From Armatimonadota bacterium (GTDB lineage: Bacteria > Armatimonadota > UBA5829): 64,000 nt of DNA. The number at the start of each line of letters is the position of its first letter. The first letter of the stretch is position 1. Below the pieces are notes generated by a model, which saw nothing but the letters and a program-made list of their open reading frames with translations, ran no database searches and was not told the origin of the DNA. The position numbers and the translations under genes are program-made. The stretch is taken from assembly GCA_026392045.1 (NCBI GenBank), contig JAPLCU010000041.1, forward strand, positions 84 to 64,083, in the 5' to 3' direction. Of the stretch, positions 19,392 through 29,718 are shown in pieces.

Positions 19392-20822
19392 TTGGAGATA
19401 GAAACTCCTCATTCGCCGAACCAGAACAAGTCTTGGCTTATCTATATGCTGGTGATCGGGCTTTTGGTCGTCGGCATTGTTACGCTGAACATAACCGGTC
19501 TCCGGATGCGCCCAGCTAATTCTCAAGCTGGGGTTGGTTCTGAGAATGATTATATCGTTGGCGATACTTATGTCAGGCAAGCCATATCGGCAATTCCTGT
19601 CTTTGAGGCCGCAGACAGCGCTCAGAAGGCCATCGAGGCTTATGAGCAAATTGGCTCGGAGCCAGCAGCCATTCGGCGGATTGGGGTTGTAAAACAGCTT
19701 TTGCTGCATAAATCGGGCAAGCATGAGTTTGAATTGCTCGGTGAACCTAAGCAGTTTCGAGATGTTACCAAAGCCGAATCAGCTAAACTTGCCTCAGAAT
19801 CGCAGATGTGGATAAGCATATTTGAAGCAAAGAGCTTGGACCCTGATCGAGCTCAAAAATATGCCAAACAAATCAAAGCCCTCGACCTTGGCCCTATCAA
19901 AGACAGGGCAATCGCTGAGGTTTACGATAGGGCAGGCGAGAAGTTGAAGGCATTGGCTCTGAGAAATGCTGCCAGCGAGAACGCCGCTGTCTGGATAGTG
20001 ACGCTCTGCATTGTATTTATGTTTGCCAGCGCCGCTGGACTCGCGGGGATTGTCTTTTGCATTATCTTTCTTGTTAGATTCTCGGACGATCTTAAGCATG
20101 CTGCTGCTCCAAAAATCCAGCCGGAAATCCTTCTTATCAGCTTTCTCTTGTATTTTGTGGGTTTTTCTTTCATTGAGCTTTTGAGTGGTGTATTTGCAGA
20201 TACCGCGGGAATTGGCGAAAACGATTCTGTGGGGATCGCAATCCGACTTTGTCTCCAGCTCTTGTCTATGATACTGGCATTTTCATTGGGCGTGGCTGCG
20301 TTCAAGAATATGACTACGCTCTCGGGCGAAGATGCTGGAGAAATCGGCCTAAAGTTCAAGCCTATATTTGGCAAAATATTATGGGGAGTGGCTGCGTATT
20401 TTGCCGCCCTGCCTTTGTTGGGCGTTGCCGCTGTGATATCAAGTGAGCTTTCGAAGACTGTTTTCAAGGATGTGCAAACGCCGGAGCATCCGATAGTCGA
20501 GATGGTCATAAAGGGTGGGGCGCCGATTCTGATTGTGTTTGTGCTTGCTGTTATCGCAGCGCCAATTGTTGAGGAGGTGTTCTTCAGAGGAATGCTGTAC
20601 ACGGCGCTGCGCACAAAAATGGGAGTTTGGGCCGCAGTTTTGCTCTCTGGGACGATATTTGCCGCTCTTCACCCGACATTTCCCGGGCAGTTTCTTCCGC
20701 TTTTGGCGTTGGCGATGGTGTTGGCGTTGGTGCGCGAAAAGACAGGTTCGCTGCTGCCTGGCATTGTTTGTCATGCGATAAATAACACTATCGCATTGAT
20801 GCTGGTATTTTTGGCTTTTTAG
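19392..20822 (+). CDS. CPBP-family intramembrane metalloprotease (CAAX protease-like) with a long N-terminal extension
   Basis: EEVFFRG, FAALH and HAINN motifs in the C-terminal TM region. Confidence 0.7.
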   Translation: MEIETPHSPNQNKSWLIYMLVIGLLVVGIVTLNITGLRMRPANSQAGVGSENDYIVGDTYVRQAISAIPVFEAADSAQKAIEAYEQIGSEPAAIRRIGVVKQLLLHKSGKHEFELLGEPKQFRDVTKAESAKLASESQMWISIFEAKSLDPDRAQKYAKQIKALDLGPIKDRAIAEVYDRAGEKLKALALRNAASENAAVWIVTLCIVFMFASAAGLAGIVFCIIFLVRFSDDLKHAAAPKIQPEILLISFLLYFVGFSFIELLSGVFADTAGIGENDSVGIAIRLCLQLLSMILAFSLGVAAFKNMTTLSGEDAGEIGLKFKPIFGKILWGVAAYFAALPLLGVAAVISSELSKTVFKDVQTPEHPIVEMVIKGGAPILIVFVLAVIAAPIVEEVFFRGMLYTALRTKMGVWAAVLLSGTIFAALHPTFPGQFLPLLALAMVLALVREKTGSLLPGIVCHAINNTIALMLVFLAF

Positions 20823-20968
20823 GAATTTTCAGGAGAACTTGCATTATGGAGAATATTTATGGAACTAGCTCCGCGCTGTTTTCGTAATTCTACTGGTAAT
20901 TATTTTGCCTGTTTTATGCAGTTTTGATCGAATGGAGGTGGTATTTCAAAGAATGGTAGCGTAGGTGG

Positions 20969-20997
20969 TTGACTCACCCGTGGATTTATAGTAATAT
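20969..20997 (+). promoter_or_regulatory. sigma70-type promoter TTGACT-17 nt-TAATAT upstream of the PpiC gene
   Basis: Near-consensus hexamers with 17-nt spacing, 36 nt upstream of the ATG. Confidence 0.5.
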
Positions 20998-21032
20998 ATC
21001 AAACAGTACATTATCGAAAGGAGCATTTATTA

Positions 21033-22157
21033 ATGCGAAGAAAGAAACTGGTATTGATGATGGCAGCGCCAGCTTGTATGGCGCTATGTTCTATGGTGTA
21101 TGCAGCGCCAACAGCCGCACCGAAGGCTGTAGTTGCAAAGACGTTCAATCAAAAGGCAGAAATGGATAAGTTCTGGAATGGCCCAGACAGCGCCGTAGTT
21201 GGTAAGATATCCGGCGTAAATGTGACCAAAGGCGAGCTTATCAAGGCTCTTTGGGACAGAACCGCTCCAAACATGCTTGCTGAGTTGCTTGATCTGAAGA
21301 TGCTCGAGCAGGCGGCTAAGAAGCAGAAGTTACAGGTTGGCAATGCTGATATTAACAAAGAGATAAAAGAAGTCCTCAAGCAGACGCAACTTCCTAGCAA
21401 AGAAGCTCTTATGGAAAAATTCAAAGTAACATACGGGTTCTTCTATGGAAAGCTGAAATTTCAGGCAATCTTGAAAAAACTGGCCGTTGCGAAAACCAAA
21501 GTTGATCCGGCTGAGTATGCTCAGTATATGAAAGCCAGCCATATTTTGATCAGATTCGACCCGTCTATAGCCGATAAGACTCAGCAGGATGCCGCTGCCA
21601 AGACAAAGATCGATGAGATTGCCGCCAGACTCAAGGCAGGCGAAGATTTTGCCAAGGTTGCTAAAGAAGTATCCGAAGATCCGATCAGCAAAGAGAAGGG
21701 CGGTTCTCTCGGTTGGTTCTCCAAGGGGGGTGGGATGGTGGCGGAATTCGAGCAGGCTGCATTTGCTCTGAAAGCAGGTCAGATCAGCGAGCCTACCAAG
21801 ACCACCTACGGTTATCACATTATCAAGGCTGAGGCTATTGGTAAGGATGCCACTGGAGCTGAAAAAGCAGAGCTCAAGCAGATGATCACTGACACAAAGG
21901 TTCCCATGCAAATGCAAATGATCGTTAATGACCTCAAGATCGAAAGCGCCAAGTCGAGAGTAGATAATATTTCTCTTCCGGTTGATCCTAATGCTATGCC
22001 CACAATGGGAGCCCCTGGAGGTCCCAGGCCGGGATCTGGTGGACCTGGTGGCCCCAGGCCGACGATTAGACCGACACCTCCGCCTCCGCCTACACCAAGC
22101 GACAGGCCGGCAACGCCGCCAACTCCGCCGACGCCGCCAACTCCTCCCACTGAGTAG
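21033..22157 (+). CDS. PpiC-type peptidyl-prolyl cis-trans isomerase (PrsA/SurA-like) with a C-terminal Pro/Thr-rich tail
   Basis: Signal peptide. Parvulin motif (ASHILIRF...GGSLGWFSKGGMV). Tail PTPPTPPTPPTE. Confidence 0.8.
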   Translation: MRRKKLVLMMAAPACMALCSMVYAAPTAAPKAVVAKTFNQKAEMDKFWNGPDSAVVGKISGVNVTKGELIKALWDRTAPNMLAELLDLKMLEQAAKKQKLQVGNADINKEIKEVLKQTQLPSKEALMEKFKVTYGFFYGKLKFQAILKKLAVAKTKVDPAEYAQYMKASHILIRFDPSIADKTQQDAAAKTKIDEIAARLKAGEDFAKVAKEVSEDPISKEKGGSLGWFSKGGGMVAEFEQAAFALKAGQISEPTKTTYGYHIIKAEAIGKDATGAEKAELKQMITDTKVPMQMQMIVNDLKIESAKSRVDNISLPVDPNAMPTMGAPGGPRPGSGGPGGPRPTIRPTPPPPPTPSDRPATPPTPPTPPTPPTE

Positions 22158-22182
22158 TTGTTAGATAAGACAAATGAATAAT

Positions 22183-22217
22183 AGGCCGCAGGAATATTAT
22201 CCTGCGGCCTATTTTTT
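22183..22217 (+). terminator. rho-independent terminator after the PpiC gene
   Basis: AGGCCGCAGGA-atattat-CCTGCGGCCT followed by TTTTTT. Confidence 0.8.
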
Positions 22218-22232
22218 CGTATAGCGCAATGC

Positions 22233-22258
22233 GGCTCAGGGGGACCTTCGCCCTCCCC
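22233..22258. repeat. family-3 unit GGCTCAGGGGGACCTTCGCCCTCCCC (reverse orientation relative to 41287-41312)
   Basis: Exact reverse complement of the 26-mer at 41287-41312. Confidence 0.55.
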
Positions 22259-22304
22259 GCGTACAGTTACTTCGGTATCCTGATGCCGAAGCCTACCGTA
22301 CAAG

Positions 22305-23315
22305 CTATCCTTGGTTCTGAAACGCTTCCACAAGCGCCACGATATTCTCCGGTGGGACATCGAACGGGACGTCGTGAGTGGGAGCGGCGATGTAACCGCC
22401 GCCTGCGCTCATTATGGCTATGGTTTCATGGGTGATTTTCTTAACTTCATCAGGCGTTACAAATGGCAGCGCCCGCTGGGTACTAATGCCTCCCCAGAAT
22501 GTCAGATCTTTGCCGAACTCGCGTTTTACCGATTTGAGGTCATAAATCTCGGGTTGGAATGTTTGATACATATTCAGGCCAATCTCGATAAGATCAGGAA
22601 ACAGGTCTTGAATGTCGCCGCATGAGTGCTGAGATACAAAGCGCCCGGCGCTGCTGATACGTTCATACATCTTCGCCATTCTCGGCTTGATGAACCGCTG
22701 CCAGTGCTTGGGTCCCATAATTGTGCCCTTTTGCTGGCCCCAGTCGTCCCCGAAATGGAAACCATCGAACGGGTATTCCATAGCGATATTCACGATTTTG
22801 AGATTGTGTTCGCAGATTCCATCAAGAAGCTCGTGCACGAATTCGGGATCGATTATCATGTCCATGAGCAGATTTTCCATACCCCGCAAGGTCCAGGCGC
22901 GCTCGAACATCGAGAAACCGATTGCGGCTATGCGGCAGCGGTCGCCGGCATTTGCGATAACTTCCTCATACTCGCGTCGCAGTTTCTGCTCATCTAATTC
23001 AGGAAATGAATAGCCCTTCATTGACGGCTCGGTAAGTACGAACCCTTCTATGACGCCGATGTCCTTATCTGCGCCGTTTCTATTCCAATTCACCCCAAAA
23101 TGATCAAGCCAATAGCCGGAGCCGGGTTCGGTTTCCTGCAGATAGCCGTCGTAATATGCTTTGGTGATATGGTTTCCGATTTGGTCGATATAATCCGGAT
23201 CGCCTACATATTGTGTAAGCCGTTCATGAGCCTGGTGGGTGAGCTCGATATTATAAGGTGCAAAATCGGTGTCTTTGTGATTTATCGCATCCAAAACTCT
23301 TTCGCGTCGAGTCAT
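22305..23315 (-). CDS. uroporphyrinogen decarboxylase (URO-D) family protein (methyltransferase-like)
   Basis: Length and C-terminal motifs of the URO-D/MtaA-like fold. Confidence 0.65.
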   Translation of the reverse strand: MTRRERVLDAINHKDTDFAPYNIELTHQAHERLTQYVGDPDYIDQIGNHITKAYYDGYLQETEPGSGYWLDHFGVNWNRNGADKDIGVIEGFVLTEPSMKGYSFPELDEQKLRREYEEVIANAGDRCRIAAIGFSMFERAWTLRGMENLLMDMIIDPEFVHELLDGICEHNLKIVNIAMEYPFDGFHFGDDWGQQKGTIMGPKHWQRFIKPRMAKMYERISSAGRFVSQHSCGDIQDLFPDLIEIGLNMYQTFQPEIYDLKSVKREFGKDLTFWGGISTQRALPFVTPDEVKKITHETIAIMSAGGGYIAAPTHDVPFDVPPENIVALVEAFQNQG

Positions 23316-23559
23316 TATTGCGCTGGACCTCCCTGCAATGCATTTCTACGGGCTTATGGTACCACGCCTGAATTAACTCGTCAATGGCTACTTTTCATCG
23401 TTGCACCATTCTGTGATTCGGGATATAGTTGCCATAAGCGGAATATCCCTGTTTGGAGTGTGGCGAAACGCAGGGACGATGCTTGTTGGGACACGAACAA
23501 ATGGGCGGTGATTCAGAAATCACCGCCCAGAACTATCTCTTGGATGTTGAGGTTCGAGA

Positions 23560-24456
23560 TTACTTAGCGGCAGGTTTCTTAGCCGGTGTTTTGGACGGCT
23601 TCTTAACCGGTGGCTTAACGACCGGTTTGATGGCTGGTTTAACAGCGGTTTTAGCGGGAGCCTCCACGGCTTTTTCGGGCGAAGCGGTCTTTGCTTGCGC
23701 AGCCGCGTTTTGAATGGTTGCGCAGGGCAGAATAACCGGGAGCATTTTGTCATAAATAGAAGAACCTGAGCTATCATCGCGCCCTGCACTCGTGCGCAGC
23801 AATGTGATACCAACAATTTTGCCGTCAGTGGTGAAAGAAGGACATCCAAGACTGTTAATATTGGAAACCACGTAGCACAGCCTGGGCTTAGTGACAATGG
23901 CTGAGACACGGTTCAGAGATATTGAAATTGATCTGTTCGCTATCTGACCAAGCCTGGAGAAAGTCAATGTTTGATCCATCAACAGTGGAGCGGCGGACTG
24001 AGAAAGGTCGATATATTTGAATGGCTGATCGGCTGCCTTTTTCGGGCGAAGGAAAACCATGTCAAGGTCGCGGTCACGCAGAACTATATCAACCGGAACT
24101 TCGGTGTTATCAGATAATCTGATTTTGGCATCGATGACTTTTGATGTCATCTGCATTGAGCTATCGCCGCCCATCAACCGCTCGGACATATCTCCGGGGT
24201 TGGATTCAGCAAGCGATGTTATAACCAAACCCGAAGGGTCGATTATCACGCCGGTAGAATTGGACTTGGTTTCGCGCTTGTCGCTATCCATGCTCATTTC
24301 AATTACCATCTCGACGGTAACAATGGCGTCTTTGTTGGCTTCATATATTTTGCGGCTGCTTTCAGCCACTTCATCGGCGCGGCTGATTGCGCAGCAACCT
24401 GCGGCCAAAACAGCCGCCATCAGCGCTATGATATAACTCTTGCGATTCTTCGACAT
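23560..24456 (-). CDS. secreted HtrA-like trypsin-fold pseudoprotease with a Lys/Pro-rich C-terminal tail
   Basis: Signal peptide. Aligns to the protease domain of the neighbouring HtrA, but catalytic His (TNHHV -> TSLAE) and Ser (GNSGGP -> LGCPSF) are replaced. Asp is retained. The tail is AKTAVKPAIKPVVKPPVKKPSKTPAKKPAAK. Confidence 0.55.
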   Translation of the reverse strand: MSKNRKSYIIALMAAVLAAGCCAISRADEVAESSRKIYEANKDAIVTVEMVIEMSMDSDKRETKSNSTGVIIDPSGLVITSLAESNPGDMSERLMGGDSSMQMTSKVIDAKIRLSDNTEVPVDIVLRDRDLDMVFLRPKKAADQPFKYIDLSQSAAPLLMDQTLTFSRLGQIANRSISISLNRVSAIVTKPRLCYVVSNINSLGCPSFTTDGKIVGITLLRTSAGRDDSSGSSIYDKMLPVILPCATIQNAAAQAKTASPEKAVEAPAKTAVKPAIKPVVKPPVKKPSKTPAKKPAAK

Positions 24457-24490
24457 TGAACATTCTCCTTTTATTTGTCTGTTTAATGGG

Positions 24491-26536
24491 TTATTCGTTC
24501 CAACTTGGCTTGATTTCGAGGAATCGTGTGCGGATTCCTCTTTTGACTTCGAATACAACTACTTCCGGTTTTTTTTGAGCAATGTTTTCCATTGCTTTCT
24601 TGAGTTCATCCAGCTTCTTGATGGGCGCGCCGTCGATCATAGTGATAACATCGCCTGCTGAGAGCCTCCCCAGCGCTGCTGAACTGCCATCAGCAACAGA
24701 TTCAACATAAGCGCCGGTCTGGCCCTGATTCACCTGGCCATTGGCCTTGTCTGAGAAAGTGATGTCTCGGGCAGTGAATTCAAGATTTGCATCTTCGTAT
24801 CTAGGGTAATCGCGCGAAGGTTTTGGGGCGGCGTCCAGCTTGACTTTTACTATAGACGCCTTGCCCCCTCGAACAACGGATAAATCAACCTCTGCGCCGA
24901 TGTCATACTGCCTTATCAAGCTTGAGAGCACCTCTTCATCGCCTATCTGATCAGCCGGTATTTCCTCACCGTCCAGTTTGATGATCAAGTCGCCCACCTT
25001 CATGCCAGCCTTGGAAGCGTTGCAGTTGGGGAAGACCTGAGTGATGCGAACTCCCATCTTGCCTGCAACACCGAGCGCCTTGGATAGCTCACTGGTCAAT
25101 ACTTGGGAGTCGATTCCAAGCCATGCTTTGGCGATTTCGGCGCCAGGCTCCGACATTTCTTCCTTGCCGATCTTAACGACCGTCATATATTCTTTTTCAT
25201 TGCGCTTGAAGACAATTAAGGTGGGCACCGGGTCTTTTTTGCCATCGGTGAGCGTTTGCGTAATTGTCTTGAGCTGGTTGATGTCTTTAATAGCGTCCGG
25301 GCCGATCTTTAAGATTATGTCTCCTTCGTTCAGCGCAGGCTTAGCGGAACCTGCAGGGCCGCTGGGGAGAATCCCGCTCACCATAACTCCGTCTTTGGTT
25401 GGCAATTGCATTTCTTTTTGCATAGTCTGCGTTATGTTTGTGGCGCATATCCCCCAGCTTTTGATCTCGTGCTCTTTATCGAGAGCTTTTTGCCTTTCCA
25501 CTGTGGTGACTGCAAAGCTGAGTTCGGTGGTGTTGCGCAGAACTTTCATCTGGGTGGTTTTACCGACGGGTATATTGGTGACGAACTGATTGAACTGCGG
25601 AACCTGTTCTTTGAACTGAGCGTTGCATTCGGCGCCATCTATGCTAAGTAAAATGTCACCGGCCTTAAGACCGGCCTTTGCAGCAGGCGAGCCTTCCATG
25701 ACACTGCTGACAAGTATGCCCTTGTTTGTTTTGGAGGACCTAAGCAGCGGCTGCACTTCGGCTCCTACCCAGCTCCGCTTCACCGTACCGGTTTTAATCA
25801 ACTGCTCAGCGATGTCTTTTGCCAAATTACTCGGAATTGCGCCAGCTAAGCCGAAGCTGATTTCGTTGATTCCAATGATTTGACCGTCTCTGTTGATTAA
25901 CGGTCCACCGGAGTTTCCGGGTTCGATCAGCGCATCATGGCCAATCCATTTGACTATAGAACCCACATCTTCGCCATCAAGTGTTAATTCAGAGTCAGAA
26001 AACTCTTCAGGCATCATCATTTCAGTATTGCTGATAATGCCCATTGTAACCGACTGCGATATCGCAAATGGGCAGCCCATTGCAAACACTCGGTCGCCTA
26101 CTTCTAACGCGGATGAATCCCCAAACGAGGCTGCCGGGAAAGGCTTTCCGTCGGGTGAAATCAGTTTTATCACACAGATGTCCGCGAGAGGGTCTGAGCC
26201 AACTAATTTAGCTTCGACTTCGCGTCTGTCGGATAGGGTGCAGACGATATGCTCGGCATTCATCGCCACGTGATGATTGGTAACAGCATAGCCCTCGGGG
26301 GAGATTATGACTCCGCTTCCGGCAGATTCCGTCTTTACCTGACGGCCCTGCCGGTAATCGGCGGATGCGACCAATATGCGCACCAGGGCGGGACGAACGG
26401 CTGCAACGGCAGCAGTCATTTCCTGCTTGACATCATCCGCCGCCATTAGCGGTTGAGCTGCCAAAGTAAGCGAGATGAGCAGGAGTAAAGTAATAAAACG
26501 ATTCCGAGAAAGCTTATTGATGAGTTCGAAGTGCAT
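24491..26536 (-). CDS. HtrA/DegP-family serine endoprotease with four PDZ domains
   Basis: Catalytic triad present (TNHHV, DPLADICVIKL, GNSGGP). ~380 aa after the protease domain contain four GLGV/GD-type PDZ-like modules. Start at M131 (MHFELINK, signal peptide) with a GGAGG RBS. Confidence 0.8.
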   Translation of the reverse strand: MHFELINKLSRNRFITLLLLISLTLAAQPLMAADDVKQEMTAAVAAVRPALVRILVASADYRQGRQVKTESAGSGVIISPEGYAVTNHHVAMNAEHIVCTLSDRREVEAKLVGSDPLADICVIKLISPDGKPFPAASFGDSSALEVGDRVFAMGCPFAISQSVTMGIISNTEMMMPEEFSDSELTLDGEDVGSIVKWIGHDALIEPGNSGGPLINRDGQIIGINEISFGLAGAIPSNLAKDIAEQLIKTGTVKRSWVGAEVQPLLRSSKTNKGILVSSVMEGSPAAKAGLKAGDILLSIDGAECNAQFKEQVPQFNQFVTNIPVGKTTQMKVLRNTTELSFAVTTVERQKALDKEHEIKSWGICATNITQTMQKEMQLPTKDGVMVSGILPSGPAGSAKPALNEGDIILKIGPDAIKDINQLKTITQTLTDGKKDPVPTLIVFKRNEKEYMTVVKIGKEEMSEPGAEIAKAWLGIDSQVLTSELSKALGVAGKMGVRITQVFPNCNASKAGMKVGDLIIKLDGEEIPADQIGDEEVLSSLIRQYDIGAEVDLSVVRGGKASIVKVKLDAAPKPSRDYPRYEDANLEFTARDITFSDKANGQVNQGQTGAYVESVADGSSAALGRLSAGDVITMIDGAPIKKLDELKKAMENIAQKKPEVVVFEVKRGIRTRFLEIKPSWNE

Positions 26537-26768
26537 TTTTCCTCCCAAGGGCGAGTCGGTGAGTTGTATGCGATAGCATACTCGATATTCTACAATAATT
26601 ATATACCTATCTCTGCTATATTGGAAGATAAACTTATCCGCGCATTGCATCAAATCGACAAAAATGGTATCCTCTGTGGTAGATAATAGGCTCTTCATTA
26701 TATAGATTCGTGTGGGTTCGCTCCCACGATTGATGATTATCTGACAGGGCGGAGTTACAGAGGTAAAT

Positions 26769-27914
26769 ATGGCAGTGCAGGAAGCAGGATCGATAGGAAT
26801 AGTTGAAATCCGGTATTTCACATTTGCAGCGCCTCCTAATGAGCTGCAGTTGGAATGCGGACGAACATTGGGGCCGATCACGATCGCGTATGAAATGTAT
26901 GGCGAAATGAACGCTGACAAGAGCAATTGTATTCTTGTGTGCCATGCTCTTTCTGGCGATTCCCACGCTGCGGGAAGATATCATCTTGATGATCCCAAGC
27001 CTGGTTGGTGGGACAGCATGATCGGGCCGGGTAAGGCATTCGACACTGATAAGTATTGCGTTATTTGCTCGAATGTCATTGGCGGGTGCAAAGGAAGCGC
27101 CGGGCCTGGTTCAATTGATCCGGCAACAGGTGAGGTCTATGCGTTAAACTTTCCGATGGTTACCATAAGCGATATGGTGCAGGCGCAGAAAGCGCTGGTC
27201 GACTATTTGGGGATTAGGCAGCTTTTGTGCGTGGTCGGCGGCAGCGCGGGCGGAATGCAGGTGTTGCAGTGGGCGGTTTCTTACCCGGATATGGTGCGGC
27301 TGATTATTCCTATTTGCTCAACAGCAAGGCTTAGCGCTCAGGCGATTGGTTTTGATGCGGTGGGCAGGCAGGCGATTATGGGCGACCCCAATTGGATGGA
27401 TGGCAACTATTATGGCAAGTCGATTCCCAGCATTGGCCTTGGGATTGCAAGGATGGTTGGGCATATAACTTACCTGTCCGAAAAATCAATGCATACAAAG
27501 TTCGGCCGTGATTTGCAGGATAAGCCCAACTTTGATTATGACTTCTTGACTGAGTTTAAGGTTGAGAGTTATTTAAGCTATCGCGGGGATGAGTTTGTTA
27601 AGAGATTTGATGCAAACTCATATTTGTATATAACCAAAGCAATGGACTATTTCGACCTCGCGCAGCCGACTGGCGATTTGAGACGGTCATTATCGGTAGC
27701 GAAGTCAGCGTTTTTGGTGATATCGGTGTCTTCGGATTGGCTATTTCCTCCGTATATGTCCAAGGAGATTGTTTCAGCGCTTAGGAGGAATAATATCGAT
27801 GTGAGCTATGCCGAATTGCAGTCAGATTACGGCCATGACGCATTCTTATTGGAAGTGGATGTTATGACGCGCCTGATAACGAGCTTCCTTGAATATGGAC
27901 AGCCCGCGGAATAG
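26769..27914 (+). CDS. metX: homoserine O-acetyltransferase
   Basis: Alpha/beta-hydrolase MetX signature. Followed by metW. Confidence 0.9.
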   Translation: MAVQEAGSIGIVEIRYFTFAAPPNELQLECGRTLGPITIAYEMYGEMNADKSNCILVCHALSGDSHAAGRYHLDDPKPGWWDSMIGPGKAFDTDKYCVICSNVIGGCKGSAGPGSIDPATGEVYALNFPMVTISDMVQAQKALVDYLGIRQLLCVVGGSAGGMQVLQWAVSYPDMVRLIIPICSTARLSAQAIGFDAVGRQAIMGDPNWMDGNYYGKSIPSIGLGIARMVGHITYLSEKSMHTKFGRDLQDKPNFDYDFLTEFKVESYLSYRGDEFVKRFDANSYLYITKAMDYFDLAQPTGDLRRSLSVAKSAFLVISVSSDWLFPPYMSKEIVSALRRNNIDVSYAELQSDYGHDAFLLEVDVMTRLITSFLEYGQPAE

Positions 27915-27958
27915 CGCGGCGATTGATTTTATTATTGAGTTAGGATGAAGCTTCAAAT

Positions 27959-28564
27959 ATGCCAGATAAGATTAGACCGGAATTTAGATGTATAGTGGAT
28001 ATGGTGGAGCCGGGCAGCAGTGTGCTGGACATGGGCTGCGGCGAAGGACATCTTATGAGGGCGCTGCAGGTCAGCAAACGCGCTCGGGTGCAAGGCATAG
28101 AGCTTTCGGACACTGCCGTTCAAGAATGCGTGGCGAATGGGTTGTTTGTATATCATGGCGACCTTGACGAGGGCTTGGCGGATTTCAACGACCAGAGTGT
28201 GGATTATGTGATTCTTACCAGCACTCTGCAAGTGTTGCATAGGCCGGATTTTCTGATAATGGAAGCCGCCAGAGTCGGGAAACGTTGTATAATATCTATA
28301 CCAAACTTCGGTTATTGGCGAGTGCGTTTTCAATTAATGTGTTTCGGTGAGATGCCGCGCACAAAAAACTTGCCTTATGAATGGTACAATTCTCCGAATA
28401 TTCACCTTACCACTTTGCGCGACTTTCGGCGATTCTGCAAAGAGCGTGGATTAAGGATTTTACGAGAGACTGATCTTGTTTTAGGCGAGGACATGTATAA
28501 AGTTGTGCCTGCATTGCCGAACTTTTTTGCCGATTACGGAATCTTTTTGCTTGAGCATGAGTAA
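27959..28564 (+). CDS. metW: methionine biosynthesis protein MetW
   Basis: SAM-dependent methyltransferase-like MetW N-terminus (VLDMGCGEGHLM). Confidence 0.85.
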   Translation: MPDKIRPEFRCIVDMVEPGSSVLDMGCGEGHLMRALQVSKRARVQGIELSDTAVQECVANGLFVYHGDLDEGLADFNDQSVDYVILTSTLQVLHRPDFLIMEAARVGKRCIISIPNFGYWRVRFQLMCFGEMPRTKNLPYEWYNSPNIHLTTLRDFRRFCKERGLRILRETDLVLGEDMYKVVPALPNFFADYGIFLLEHE

Positions 28565-28652
28565 ATTGCATGCAAATAAGTTGATCAATAATATAGCTTT
28601 ATACGAAGGAATAAGCTATACTACTGACTAAGAATGACTTTGGAGGAATGAT

Positions 28653-29615
28653 ATGAAACTATTTTCTAAAAGTGCTCTTCTCTTGGCGACACTGTGTGTC
28701 GCTATCCCTGTTATGCAGGGTTGTTCAAAGAATGTAAGCTCTGGGCAGCTTGTAGTTGGCTTCTCTCAGATCGGTTCTGAGAGCGACTGGCGCAGAGCTC
28801 ACACCAAGAATATTCAGGACGAAGCCCGAAAGCGCGGCATTAAACTGATGTTCTCGGATGCTCAGCAGAAGCAAGAAAACCAGATCAAGGCCATAAAGAA
28901 CTTCATCGCTCAGAAAGTGGACGTAATCATCTTGGCTCCGGTTATTACGAGTGGTTGGGAACCCGTGTTGCGCGAGGCTAAGGCCGCTAAGATTCCTGTG
29001 ATTCTTTCGGACCGTACTGTTGATGTTTCGGATGACAGCCTTTGGGTTACTCATGTTGGACCTAATCTTACCGAAGAAGGCCGAATGGCTGGCGAGTGGT
29101 TGGCTAAGAAAATGAATGGCAAAGCCAATATCGTTGAGCTTACCGGTACCGCCAGTTCCGCTCCCGCTCGTGATCGCAAAATTGGTTTCCAGAATGCTAT
29201 CAAAAATTTCCCTGGTATGAAGATCATCAAGAGCCAGACCGGTGACTTCAAGCGCGTTACCGGCCAGCAGGTTATGGAAGCATTCATCGCATCCGAAGGC
29301 AAGAATATCCAGGCTGTTTATGCGCATAATGATGATATGGCTCTCGGCGCTATCCAGGCTTTGGAAGCTGCCGGTATCAAGCCGGGCAAGGATGTTATAA
29401 TTGTCTCCATCGATGGCGTCAAAGCTGCATTTGAGGCTATGATCGCTGGCAAGCTCAATTGCAGCGTCGAGTGCAACCCACTGATGGGCCCAGCTCTATT
29501 TGATGCTTGCGAAAAGGCAGTCAAAGGCATTGCACAACCGAAGGAAATGCCATCTAAGGAACAATGCTTCGATCAGAGCGTTGCTGCAAAGCTTATCGGT
29601 TCCAGAAAGTATTAA
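28653..29615 (+). CDS. ytfQ: sugar ABC transporter periplasmic binding protein, YtfQ-like (galactofuranose-type)
   Basis: High similarity over the whole length to E. coli YtfQ (VGFSQ.GSES.WR.., IKA...F.AQ.VD.I..APV...GWEPVL.EAK.A.IPV.L.DR). Confidence 0.85.
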   Translation: MKLFSKSALLLATLCVAIPVMQGCSKNVSSGQLVVGFSQIGSESDWRRAHTKNIQDEARKRGIKLMFSDAQQKQENQIKAIKNFIAQKVDVIILAPVITSGWEPVLREAKAAKIPVILSDRTVDVSDDSLWVTHVGPNLTEEGRMAGEWLAKKMNGKANIVELTGTASSAPARDRKIGFQNAIKNFPGMKIIKSQTGDFKRVTGQQVMEAFIASEGKNIQAVYAHNDDMALGAIQALEAAGIKPGKDVIIVSIDGVKAAFEAMIAGKLNCSVECNPLMGPALFDACEKAVKGIAQPKEMPSKEQCFDQSVAAKLIGSRKY

Positions 29616-29718
29616 TTCGGCGTCTTGCCTCTGGCAAGCGATGAATTGACCACAAAATCAAAGAGAAAGATAAGGGAGTGCGACTTAATTCAGCCGCACT
29701 CCCGATCTTAGTACAATT

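Noticed and set aside
22229-22435. ORFs 22229..22435 (+) and 41224..41463 (-), which share the peptide RLRGTFALP
   Set aside because: Both are read across copies of the family-3 26-mer and overlap real genes on the other strand.
26537-26768. SAM riboswitch or other leader upstream of metX
   Set aside because: No S-box, SAM-II or SAM-V-like conserved segments could be recognised by eye. Only a short GTGGG..CCCAC hairpin is present. A covariance-model scan (Rfam) would be needed.
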